From the IMG/VR virus record IMGVR_UViG_3300037419_000163, positions 1 through 50,066 of that record: DNA of 50,066 nt; one strand, written 5' to 3'. The position numbers and the translations under genes were made by a program. This document shows positions 15,403 to 23,785 of the stretch, one piece after another; positions within the stretch are counted from its first letter, which is position 1, and each line of letters opens with the position of its first letter. This DNA comes from a virus. The notes under the pieces are model-generated. The model worked only from the letters and a program-made list of their open reading frames with translations, did not search any database and was not told where the DNA came from.

Positions 15403-16136
15403 TGAATAAGAATTTGGTAATTGTAAGTCCAAGTTGTACGGCTGATTCAGCAGTTCAACTGGCTTCTTTTTTAGAAGTCGGTCATGTTAACATTGCTGAT
15501 ATTCATGATGCATATGAGCCTGACCAAAAGATTATTAATTGGGGATGCTCACGTATTGAAGGCTTCTCAGCAGATAGGATTGTCCTCAATAAGCCGGGGG
15601 CAGTTCGACGTAGTTTGAACAAGTTAACGACATTTAAGCTACTTTCGGATAAAGTTCGTATGCCAACTATGACTCTTGATAAAGAAGAGGCAAAGGGTTG
15701 GGCAGCACAAGGACGAACTGTTGTATGCCGTAATCGAATCAAGGGATGTAAAGGGCAAGGTATAACTAAGTCCAAGAACCCTAGTGAGATTGAATCTATT
15801 GAAGCAAAGTTCTATACTCGTTTCATTGCTAATTGTGACGAGTATCGTATCAATGTATATAAGGGGAGAGTTCTTACAGTATATTATAAGGAACCGGCTG
15901 GGAACGATTTCAGATTCAAGATTAAATTGAATGAGGAAGAAGACTTTCAAGAGTGTGTACAAGAAATGATTAATGCTGTTCATGAACATCTTAAACTGGA
16001 TATGTTTGGTCTGGATGTTCTCCATACTCCAAAGGGAAAGTATTTTCTACTGGAAGTGAATAGTGCTCCTATTCTCTTTCCGATTACAATTAAAAGACTT
16101 GCAAAAGAAATTAAAAAGGATTTTGTAAATGGATAA
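15402..16136 (+). CDS. ATP-grasp ligase (RimK-like)
   Basis: GTG start overlapping the upstream stop. EYRINVYKGRVL and GLDVLHTPKGKYFLLEVNSAP are typical of the ATP-grasp C-terminal domain. Confidence 0.65.
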   Translation: MNKNLVIVSPSCTADSAVQLASFLEVGHVNIADIHDAYEPDQKIINWGCSRIEGFSADRIVLNKPGAVRRSLNKLTTFKLLSDKVRMPTMTLDKEEAKGWAAQGRTVVCRNRIKGCKGQGITKSKNPSEIESIEAKFYTRFIANCDEYRINVYKGRVLTVYYKEPAGNDFRFKIKLNEEEDFQECVQEMINAVHEHLKLDMFGLDVLHTPKGKYFLLEVNSAPILFPITIKRLAKEIKKDFVNG

Positions 16137-16812
16137 GGTTGCAATTAAGCTGTTCCCCGTTGAGAAGAACGCTATAATTTTCTCTGAGATAGGTCAGTTC
16201 ATGGATATTAAGTTTGCATATCTTAATAGTGACTATGAACAAGTCCATAAAGAATGCAAGTGTCGTGATTTTCTAGGAGATATTCCTTGGAGTAGAGCAA
16301 CGGGTAGTCAAGTTCGTATCTATGGTATGAATTATAATTTTGCAGAAAAACCATATGATGTTAATGTTACACGTTTCTCTCTTAAATTTCCTAGACAACA
16401 AGCAATGCTCAGCTTCATTGAGCACTTTTCATTCTTGACGGATAAAGAAGAAAAGTATGGAATTCCTATCAGTGTTCTATATGAGACTAATGAACTGAAT
16501 ACATTGGTTATTGAATCTTCACATCACTGGCAGTCTAACAACTGGAAGCTAAGTCTTCTTACATTTTACATTAAGTGTATGGCATATCCAGAACTAGGCA
16601 AATATAATGGGCCGGAAGCTAGTTATATTAGTTATCTGAAACCTAAGAGGGAAGAGATTCTTCTTAAAAATATAATGAAACCAATGGAAGACACTATTGA
16701 TGACTTATCCACTTCACATAATTATTCAGGATTTGTTGCATTATTGAATACTGATAGTTGGACTGGTCATCCTGCTAGAAAATATTTTGTTGGAGAGGAC
16801 AAACTAGTATAA
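16129..16812 (+). CDS. Hypothetical protein coupled to the ATP-grasp gene
   Basis: 227 aa with an 8-nt overlap upstream and a 1-nt overlap downstream. Confidence 0.6.
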   Translation: MDKVAIKLFPVEKNAIIFSEIGQFMDIKFAYLNSDYEQVHKECKCRDFLGDIPWSRATGSQVRIYGMNYNFAEKPYDVNVTRFSLKFPRQQAMLSFIEHFSFLTDKEEKYGIPISVLYETNELNTLVIESSHHWQSNNWKLSLLTFYIKCMAYPELGKYNGPEASYISYLKPKREEILLKNIMKPMEDTIDDLSTSHNYSGFVALLNTDSWTGHPARKYFVGEDKLV

Positions 16813-17036
16813 TGAGATGTCTTTCTTGTAATATAATCTTAACTGATTTTGAAGCTACACGGAAATATGAATCGTCAGGTGCGTATATTGATATGTGCTT
16901 GAATTGCTTCAGCAAAGCAGATATGGCAGATGTATTAGTAATTGACAGAGCCGATCTTCTTAACGAAGTTAATCAGGTTCCTGACGATGATGCAGAGTTG
17001 TTTGAAGAGGACTGTAATGGGATCGACTGTTGCTAA
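16812..17036 (+). CDS. Zn-ribbon-like small protein with an acidic C-terminus
   Basis: CLSC...CLNC, ending DDDAELFEEDCNGIDCC. Confidence 0.55.
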   Translation: MRCLSCNIILTDFEATRKYESSGAYIDMCLNCFSKADMADVLVIDRADLLNEVNQVPDDDAELFEEDCNGIDCC

Positions 17037-17076
17037 ACACTATTTTGAATGTCATGTGATGAATTGGGATTGTTGA

Positions 17077-17433
17077 ATGGTCAAAAGATTTGATGTAGAT
17101 CATGATAGATATGGAGATTCATTCGGAGAAATAATTGAATCTACTGAGGGAGAGTATGTAAAGTATTCTGATATGCAGACCTATCTTATTTTATTCCGAT
17201 GTAATCTTGAGATGGCTATTAAGCATGATTGTGCTATAGAAATTGAAGAGATTGAGGCAGAAGTGGAGGGGCTGAGGAAGGATGCGGAGCGGTATCGGTG
17301 GATGATGAAAAAACACGACGGCTTTTACAAGTCAGTTGATGCTATGTGGGATAAGTATAAATACAACGACGGGCGCCCATCTAAAGAAGAATTTGACGCC
17401 GCCATCGACGCCGCAATGAAGGAGACGAAATGA
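17077..17433 (+). CDS. Hypothetical protein (118 aa)
   Basis: ORF with a coiled-coil-like central region. Confidence 0.55.
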   Translation: MVKRFDVDHDRYGDSFGEIIESTEGEYVKYSDMQTYLILFRCNLEMAIKHDCAIEIEEIEAEVEGLRKDAERYRWMMKKHDGFYKSVDAMWDKYKYNDGRPSKEEFDAAIDAAMKETK

Positions 17434-17615
17434 AAGCCTTGCTAATTATTATCTTTGTTTCAAAACATCTCGCAATGCCGCCGACTATCTCATCGCAATC
17501 TTTTGAATCGATGGAGCAGTGTGTGCAGGCCCGACATCAAATTAAACAAATCATCGACAAGGAACACAGCATAGACAGCAGGTTAACCGAAACCATAAGG
17601 TGCGTTAAGTTATGA
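17430..17615 (+). CDS. Small hypothetical protein with a hydrophobic N-terminus
   Basis: ATGA overlap. Starts MKALLIIIFVSKHLA. Confidence 0.5.
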   Translation: MKALLIIIFVSKHLAMPPTISSQSFESMEQCVQARHQIKQIIDKEHSIDSRLTETIRCVKL

Positions 17616-17767
17616 AACTACCAGAAGGATGGCCAACAGAAGAGATGATCCGAGCGGCTTATGATAGTGGCTGCGTAGATTACCTCACAGACAGGAGCAA
17701 AGTAATAAAGCTCTTTAATGTGATGCTCTCAGCCGCGCCGACACCACCAGCGCAGCAAAATGATTAA
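17612..17767 (+). CDS. Small hypothetical protein (51 aa)
   Basis: Hand-translated as MKLPEGWPTEEMIRAAYDSG... Coupled to both neighbours. Confidence 0.45.
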   Translation: MKLPEGWPTEEMIRAAYDSGCVDYLTDRSKVIKLFNVMLSAAPTPPAQQND

Positions 17768-18519
17768 TGTCAAATGAATCTTATCTCATTAGTCAAGAAC
17801 GTTGTCCTTCATGCGCTAGTCTTGGCCGTGATAGCACTGGGGATAACCTTAGCATTTACTCCGATGGTCATTCTTATTGCTATGGTTGTGGATATTATAA
17901 GAATGGCTCCGCCCTGCATAGATTTGTAAGTAAAGAAAATTATAGTCAGATGGAAAGACATCATGTATATCTTCCATCTGATTCTAATATTGAATATCCA
18001 CAAAGAGCCTTAGAATGGATCAACCAATATGAACTTAATCGCAATGATTTATTGGCAAATAATGTGGTATGGTCGGAGAGTAAAGAACGGCTATATTTTC
18101 CTGTATATGGTAATGAGGGCTTACTCGCATACCAAGGGAGATACTTCGGTAATAGTAGCACTGACAAGAAATGGTGGGGAAAGGGAGATTTTAAAAATAT
18201 ATTCCCGTTCTATGGGGCTGCGAGTCGGTCACTTGTACTGGTAGAGGATGTAGTCTCAGCAGTAAAACTAAGTAGGGTTACTCAGTCTTTATGGCTCAGT
18301 GGTAATCATGTAGGGGCAGACAGATGGAAAAGGCTATTTAAACTGATTCCTAAGGGGCTACAGTGCATTATTTGGCTAGACCCTGACATGTACACCAAGT
18401 CAATTAAAGAAGGTCGTCTAGGGGCTTCATATGGATTGAATACCAAAAGTATTCTTTCTGATAAAGACCCAAAGGAACACAGCTTTGAAGAAATAAAAAG
18501 GATACTGAATGCCGATTGA
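17767..18519 (+). CDS. DNA primase (Zn-finger + Toprim, T7 gp4 N-terminal-like)
   Basis: CPSC...CYGC zinc finger; LVLVEDVVSAVKL and WLDPD Toprim-like motifs. Confidence 0.75.
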   Translation: MSNESYLISQERCPSCASLGRDSTGDNLSIYSDGHSYCYGCGYYKNGSALHRFVSKENYSQMERHHVYLPSDSNIEYPQRALEWINQYELNRNDLLANNVVWSESKERLYFPVYGNEGLLAYQGRYFGNSSTDKKWWGKGDFKNIFPFYGAASRSLVLVEDVVSAVKLSRVTQSLWLSGNHVGADRWKRLFKLIPKGLQCIIWLDPDMYTKSIKEGRLGASYGLNTKSILSDKDPKEHSFEEIKRILNAD

Positions 18520-18682
18520 CATGATTTATAAGGATGAGTTGATTAAAGAAATACTGGACACCTTAGATGATTATCTGACAGCCCAGATATGTGGATCAGA
18601 GGATGCATGGTTATATATGGAATCACTTCATGTGCATATGAAAAAGTATAAGGAGCTTACCAGATATGAAAGACCTCATTAG
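18509..18682 (+). CDS. Small hypothetical protein (57 aa)
   Basis: Hand-translated as MPIDMIYKDELIKEILD... It overlaps the primase end. Confidence 0.4.
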   Translation: MPIDMIYKDELIKEILDTLDDYLTAQICGSEDAWLYMESLHVHMKKYKELTRYERPH

Positions 18683-18821
18683 AAAACATAAAACTCTAAC
18701 CGCAATACTTTTAACTTTGACTATGCCTATCTGGATAATTCCGGCAGGTATAGCTGTGGTAGCCATAATTTTCTATGCAGCGATACGAGGTTTGTTAGAC
18801 GATATTATAGAAAGTGATTGA
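18666..18821 (+). CDS. Small membrane protein (51 aa)
   Basis: MKDLIRKHKTLTAILLTLTMPIWIIPAGIAVVAIIFYAAI... Confidence 0.45.
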   Translation: MKDLIRKHKTLTAILLTLTMPIWIIPAGIAVVAIIFYAAIRGLLDDIIESD

Positions 18822-18846
18822 CAAACACTAAAAAATAGTGTAGAAT
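18818..18846 (+). promoter_or_regulatory. Sigma70 promoter TTGACA-17 bp-TAGAAT
   Basis: Perfect -35 and a 17-bp spacer containing CACTA..TAGTG. Confidence 0.6.
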
Positions 18847-18878
18847 AAGATTATAATATATTATATATAATATATAAA

Positions 18879-18901
18879 GAATAATACTAACAGTATTATT
18901 C
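18879..18901. promoter_or_regulatory. Perfect 10-bp hairpin GAATAATACT-aac-AGTATTATTC within a roughly 90% A+T tract
   Basis: Read directly. It lies between the promoter and the helicase start. Confidence 0.6.
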
Positions 18902-18930
18902 TAATAATATATAATAATAAGGAATAAATA

Positions 18931-20136
18931 TTGATTGAATTAATTCTAATAAAACACTTATTGGCGATAAACAACTACAACAAATATCGCCATTTTATTC
19001 GTATAAAAGAAAAGAAAGAACTTGAAGAACTCTACAAGATACTAGACTCTATGATGGGTTCGTATGGTAGAGACTTAACGTTCTCAGAGTTTAAAGCTAC
19101 TGCTCTCCATACTAACAAGGAACTTGAGTTCCTTCTTGATAGAATAGAAGAACAAGACATAGGAGAGGATGTCCTTGAAGAATTGGTTAGAAGCCTTGTA
19201 GAGCGTAATTGGGCTCATGACCATGCCATCCTATCAATTGAAGTTTCTGAAGGCAAGAAGCCCCTTCAAAATCTCTTAGATCACTATTCTCAAGTAGAGG
19301 ATAAAGTTAAAGTTGAAGAGGTTTCATTTGTAACACAAGATTTAGAGGAGTTATACCATGAAACAGTTTCAACTCCAGGTCTCAGATGGAGACTTAATTC
19401 GCTTAATAGAAGCCTTGGATCATTACGTAAGGGGGATTTCGGTTTCCTATTTGCCCGCCCCGAAACAGGAAAAACTACTTTCCTTGCGTCTGAGATTACG
19501 CACTTTGCGGGACAAATCCCAGAAGGAGGAGGGCCAATCCTGTGGTTCAATAATGAAGAACAAGGAAACAAAGTCCAAATCAGAATATACCAAGCAGCCC
19601 TTGGATGTGACCTTGCCAAACTTTATGCGGATCGCCAAAGAAGTCAAGCGTATTTCCAACGCGCTACCAGAGGGAACATTAGAATATTCGATTCGTCTGC
19701 GATCCATCGCAAACAAGTTGAGCGCCTATGCAAAGAGTTACAACCGTCACTTGTCCTCTTCGATCAAATTGACAAAATCAAAGGATTCGATAACGATAGA
19801 GAAGACTTGAGACTTGGCTCAATCTACATCTGGGCTAGGGAGTTAGCAAAAAGCTATTGCCCTGTTATTGGAGTTTGCCAAGCGGATGTTAGTGGAGAAG
19901 GAAAGAAGTGGCTCACAATGGATAATGTAGCCAATGCTAAAACTTCTAAACAAGCTGAAGCTGATTGGATATTAGGGATTGGAACAGTACATGAATTGGG
20001 TTTGGAACACGTTCGTTATCTTCATATTTCAAAGAATAAGTTGGCGGGGGATGAGGATAGTGATCCCTCTATGAGACATGGGAAGATTGAAGTTATAATT
20101 GATCCAACCATTGCCCGATATAAGGAGTATACATGA
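18931..20136 (+). CDS. Replicative DNA helicase (DnaB / T7 gp4 helicase-like)
   Basis: TTG start. Walker A is FARPETGKTTF and Walker B-like is SLVLFDQIDKI. Confidence 0.8.
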   Translation: MIELILIKHLLAINNYNKYRHFIRIKEKKELEELYKILDSMMGSYGRDLTFSEFKATALHTNKELEFLLDRIEEQDIGEDVLEELVRSLVERNWAHDHAILSIEVSEGKKPLQNLLDHYSQVEDKVKVEEVSFVTQDLEELYHETVSTPGLRWRLNSLNRSLGSLRKGDFGFLFARPETGKTTFLASEITHFAGQIPEGGGPILWFNNEEQGNKVQIRIYQAALGCDLAKLYADRQRSQAYFQRATRGNIRIFDSSAIHRKQVERLCKELQPSLVLFDQIDKIKGFDNDREDLRLGSIYIWARELAKSYCPVIGVCQADVSGEGKKWLTMDNVANAKTSKQAEADWILGIGTVHELGLEHVRYLHISKNKLAGDEDSDPSMRHGKIEVIIDPTIARYKEYT

Positions 20137-20231
20137 AATATAATTACTATTGTGCCAGATGTCATGTTTGGCATACTACTAAAGCATCATGGAAAAAGTG
20201 TCTAACTTCGTCCAACGGGAAAAGTCAATGA
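20133..20231 (+). CDS. Tiny Cys-containing ORF (32 aa)
   Basis: AAGGAG lies 5 nt upstream of the ATG. ATGA overlaps on both sides. The sequence is MKYNYYCARCHVWH... Confidence 0.4.
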   Translation: MKYNYYCARCHVWHTTKASWKKCLTSSNGKSQ

Positions 20232-20482
20232 CATATAAGGTTGTTAAGCAGAAATGGTCTACGGATAAAAAAGATACTGGTTACGAGCAGGGATGGGTAT
20301 GTGAACATTGTGGAGCTTCAACTACCACGGTATATATCCCCACCAGTCATGACCATACGGATGAGTCAGTAAATATGTGTACTTGTGGACAAGGACAAAG
20401 ATTTCAAGATGTTTGGCCTACTCTAACAAAGAACATATATCCAAATCATCCAATGGAATGGTATAGGAGGTATTTCTCATGA
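20228..20482 (+). CDS. Zn-ribbon-like protein (84 aa)
   Basis: Internal ATG of listed ORF 20189..20482, coupled to the tiny ORF. CEHC...CTC. Confidence 0.55.
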   Translation: MTYKVVKQKWSTDKKDTGYEQGWVCEHCGASTTTVYIPTSHDHTDESVNMCTCGQGQRFQDVWPTLTKNIYPNHPMEWYRRYFS

Positions 20483-20838
20483 TATTTGTATTTGGTAGTA
20501 ATCGGATGGGAGTGCATGGAGCAGGGGCTGCAAAACATGCTAAGGAGTATTATGGGGCAATCATGGGAAAGCCTGAAGGTCTACAAGGACAGTCTTATGC
20601 TATCCCCACTAAATATACTGCCAAGGGAACTGCGATGTCCCTCGAAGAAATAAAAGAAGGTGTAATTCGTTTTCTAGAATACGCTAAAAATAATCCAGAT
20701 ACTAGATTCTATCTTACTCCTATAGGTACAGGTCTAGCAGGATATAAACATTCAGATATTGCTCCTATGTTTAAGGGGGTAAGTTCTAATGTACAAATCC
20801 CTACTGTATGGATTGATTACTTAATTGAGAGGACATAA
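20479..20838 (+). CDS. Conserved-looking phage protein; possible SLOG/DprA-like Rossmann fold
   Basis: FVFGSNRMGVHGAGAAKHA ... GLQGQSYAIPTK. The fold assignment is from memory only. Confidence 0.3.
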   Translation: MIFVFGSNRMGVHGAGAAKHAKEYYGAIMGKPEGLQGQSYAIPTKYTAKGTAMSLEEIKEGVIRFLEYAKNNPDTRFYLTPIGTGLAGYKHSDIAPMFKGVSSNVQIPTVWIDYLIERT

Positions 20839-21041
20839 TGGTATTACGATGGAATCTAACTGAGAAGGGGATTGAGCAAAGTCCTGATGGAAACTTAGTC
20901 CGTTACGGTGCTTATCTAGAAAGAGATAGATGTGTGAAGTATGTCGCTGAGAAACTAAAAGAAACATTAAGACGAGAGAGACATCACCGAGCATACATCA
21001 AAGAGCTAGAAGAACGAATAGAAACACTTAATAAAGACTGA
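20838..21041 (+). CDS. Hypothetical protein (67 aa)
   Basis: Coupled ORF. Confidence 0.5.
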   Translation: MVLRWNLTEKGIEQSPDGNLVRYGAYLERDRCVKYVAEKLKETLRRERHHRAYIKELEERIETLNKD

Positions 21042-21048
21042 GGGACTA

Positions 21049-21186
21049 ATGATTAAAGAATTTGTTTTAACAATATTAGGCACCATGTTATTCTTTTTAA
21101 CTTTTGTATTAATTGTTCCGTGGCTAATAGGTTTTACTGGACAATACGTTGATTTTGTGCAGGCATATTTTAAAGGAACACCATGA
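21049..21186 (+). CDS. Small membrane protein (45 aa)
   Basis: GAGGGA RBS. Sequence MIKEFVLTILGTMLFFLTFVLIVPWLIGF. ATGA overlap downstream. Confidence 0.45.
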   Translation: MIKEFVLTILGTMLFFLTFVLIVPWLIGFTGQYVDFVQAYFKGTP

Positions 21187-21389
21187 AACTAAATCGTTTT
21201 AATATTGAAGCAACAATGTGGGAGGATGAAGATGATGATGATTATGATGATCCAAAAACAGTATTAACTGAGGTAGCAGATAGCAAAGGTATTTATTGTT
21301 TCTTCTCTGAAGCTGATCGTATCATCAAGGAGTTGGAAAAGCGGGTTGAATTTCTGGAATTTAAACTTAATCACAAAGGACTAATATGA
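21183..21389 (+). CDS. Hypothetical acidic protein (68 aa)
   Basis: Coupled ORF. Confidence 0.5.
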   Translation: MKLNRFNIEATMWEDEDDDDYDDPKTVLTEVADSKGIYCFFSEADRIIKELEKRVEFLEFKLNHKGLI

Positions 21390-21664
21390 AAACGCTAATT
21401 ATGTTTTGTATTATTATCTGTGCTTGTGGACTTGAGATTGAAGAAGGAATAGCCCAACAACAACCACGGTGCTATTCTAATCCATATGATCGGCATGTAA
21501 TATGTGAGGATCGAGGGCACATTCAACCATGGATTGATAATCGGAATAGCTATGATACTCCTTATACTCGGAAGTATCCTCCTTACCAACCGCAAGATAA
21601 TAAGTCAATAGAAATTCATAATAATAATGAATGTCATTTGGCTATTGGTTGTATCAAGAAATGA
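21386..21664 (+). CDS. Small secreted protein or lipoprotein candidate (92 aa)
   Basis: N-terminal MKTLIMFCIIICACG signal-like segment. Confidence 0.45.
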   Translation: MKTLIMFCIIICACGLEIEEGIAQQQPRCYSNPYDRHVICEDRGHIQPWIDNRNSYDTPYTRKYPPYQPQDNKSIEIHNNNECHLAIGCIKK

Positions 21665-22872
21665 TGAAGTATGTTACGTTCGATGTTGAAACAACTACCT
21701 CAAATAAGGGAAACCCTTTTGATAAATCTAACCGCCTTGTCTGCTATGGTCTGCGTTATGGTGGCGATTCCGATAATATTATTAGTTTCTCTCATGAGCC
21801 TGAAGACCGCGAAAGAGTGGACAGAATATTTAGATCAGAAACTTATATGGTTGTTGGCTTCAATCTCAAATTTGACCTCAACTGGTGGAGAAGAATAGGA
21901 GGAGTTTATCCCAAGCGTGTTTGGGATTGTCAAATAGCTGAGTTTCTTCTTTCAAATCAAGAAGCGAAATACCCTAGTCTCGATGATGCTCTTCTTAAGT
22001 ATGGGTTCCCTCCTAAGCTGGACGTAGTTAAGACAGAGTATTGGGATAAGGGGATTAATACAGATCAGGTTCCTAGAGAAATACTATCTAAGTATCTCGC
22101 AGGAGACTTAGAGAAGACTGAACAGGTCTTTAAGCAACAATATCATATGTTCCATTCTGCTCAATACAAGCATCTCTACCCTTTATTCAAACTACAATGC
22201 ATGGATTTACTTGTATTAGCAGATATGGAATGGAATGGTGTACTATTTAATGTGGAGAAAGCATTAGCACATGCCAACAAGGTTCAGAAGAGACAAGATG
22301 AAATCCAAAGGGCGATTAGTGAGTACGTTGGAAACGTACCTTTTGTCCTTACTAGCGACGCCCACCTTTCTGCTATTCTTTATGGTGGGATCATTCTGGA
22401 AGAGTTTAGAATCCCTATTGGAGTTTATAAATCCGGGGCGAAAGCAGGGCAACCAAGATACAAAATAGCTCATAAAACATATGAGTTTCCTCAGTTAATT
22501 GCTCCATTAAAAGGGAGTCAAGTTAAAGAGAAAGTATCCCAAAAAGAATTAGAGTTCATTCAGAAAGGAATTCTGACAGAGCCAAGGAAACAATATGCGG
22601 TAAATGAGGACACACTAAAACAACTAAAGCCAAGTAAACAAGGACGTATTATACTAGACTTGATTATGGAGAATAACAAGTTAGATAAGTTACGTTCTAC
22701 TTACTTGGAAGGATGGCCCAAGTTAATTGAGAAGATGAACTGGGAGCCGGGTATGTTACATAGTCAACTGAATCAGGTATTAGCTATTACAGGAAGACTG
22801 AGTAGTAGTAATCCTAATGGACAGAATGCTGATAAGATGACTAAACTTTTTTGTGAGAGTAGATATGATTAA
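21661..22872 (+). CDS. Family-A DNA polymerase, part 1 (3'-5' exonuclease plus N-terminal polymerase region)
   Basis: YVTFDVETT (ExoI). It ends just after TGRLSSSNPNGQN (the PNLQN-type motif). The start is moved to the ATGA overlap at 21661. Confidence 0.75.
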   Translation: MMKYVTFDVETTTSNKGNPFDKSNRLVCYGLRYGGDSDNIISFSHEPEDRERVDRIFRSETYMVVGFNLKFDLNWWRRIGGVYPKRVWDCQIAEFLLSNQEAKYPSLDDALLKYGFPPKLDVVKTEYWDKGINTDQVPREILSKYLAGDLEKTEQVFKQQYHMFHSAQYKHLYPLFKLQCMDLLVLADMEWNGVLFNVEKALAHANKVQKRQDEIQRAISEYVGNVPFVLTSDAHLSAILYGGIILEEFRIPIGVYKSGAKAGQPRYKIAHKTYEFPQLIAPLKGSQVKEKVSQKELEFIQKGILTEPRKQYAVNEDTLKQLKPSKQGRIILDLIMENNKLDKLRSTYLEGWPKLIEKMNWEPGMLHSQLNQVLAITGRLSSSNPNGQNADKMTKLFCESRYD

Positions 22873-23026
22873 ATATAGAATTAGGCAAGATACATGGGGA
22901 GATCATATAGTGGAAAAGAAGTACTTACTCTTCCCCTTTATTTGGTGGCAGGTTCGAGAGGTAGGTTCAGAGAAACAAGCGAGGGAAATAGTAGACCTCT
23001 TAAAGAAGAAACCAATTTATCTATGA
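22865..23026 (+). CDS. 53-aa ORF occupying the gap between the two polymerase parts
   Basis: Hand-translated as MIKYRIRQDTWGDHIVEKKY... It overlaps the end of part 1. Confidence 0.4.
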   Translation: MIKYRIRQDTWGDHIVEKKYLLFPFIWWQVREVGSEKQAREIVDLLKKKPIYL

Positions 23027-23038
23027 GGATATACATGA

Positions 23039-23776
23039 GTGCCACTAATCCAATGTGATGCTAAGGGTCTTGAGATATACTGTGGAGCCTATCTAAGCCA
23101 AGACAAGGTTCTAATGGAAGAACTTGTCCAAGGTTTGGATATTCACAGATTAAATCAAGAAGCCCTTGGATTACCTCCCGGAGATATTGGTAGACTTATT
23201 GCCAAAATCTTCATCTTTCGCTTAATGTACGGAGGGAGTGCTTACTCTTATGCCCATGATTCAGACTTCATGGGTGTAAGTACATCAGAGAAATTCTGGC
23301 AAGCAAAGATTGATGCCTTCTATAATAAGTATAAAGGTTTTAGGGATTGGCACATTAAGATTGTCAGAGATGCAACTAGAAATGGATACTTACTAATGCC
23401 TACTGGTCGTAGGTATGATTTTGAATTGGTTCGTAACTTTAGAGGGGAATTAGAACCCCCACAAACAACAATTAAGAATTATCCAGTTCAGGGTTTAGGT
23501 GCTGATGTAATGGCAATTGCAAGAGTCTCATTTAAAAGAAGATGGAATAATGAAAATGTTAATGGCGTTCTTATCAATACAGTCCACGATTCTATTGTTT
23601 GTGACATTGCAGGATGTGAAGCTGGAAAAGTGGCAAATCTTTTCCATAGTGTATTTATGGATTTGCCTGCTAATTTCAAGCGTGTATTCGGTGTCGAATT
23701 TAATCTTCCTTTAAGATGTGAGGTAAAATATGGAAAAAACATGTTAGAGATGGAAGAATACAAATTAGCTGCATAG
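23039..23776 (+). CDS. Family-A DNA polymerase, part 2 (motif A onward)
   Basis: GTG start 9 nt after GAGGA. DAKGLEIYCGAYLSQD (motif A-like), KIFIFRLMYG (motif B-like), TVHDSIV (motif C). Confidence 0.75.
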   Translation: MPLIQCDAKGLEIYCGAYLSQDKVLMEELVQGLDIHRLNQEALGLPPGDIGRLIAKIFIFRLMYGGSAYSYAHDSDFMGVSTSEKFWQAKIDAFYNKYKGFRDWHIKIVRDATRNGYLLMPTGRRYDFELVRNFRGELEPPQTTIKNYPVQGLGADVMAIARVSFKRRWNNENVNGVLINTVHDSIVCDIAGCEAGKVANLFHSVFMDLPANFKRVFGVEFNLPLRCEVKYGKNMLEMEEYKLAA

Positions 23777-23785
23777 GAGTAATTA

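Noticed and set aside
22873-23038. Self-splicing intron or intein separating the two DNA polymerase parts
   Set aside because: The gap is only 166 bp, which is too short for a group I or group II intron. It contains its own coupled ORF, part 2 has its own RBS and GTG start, and there are no intein block residues at the junction.
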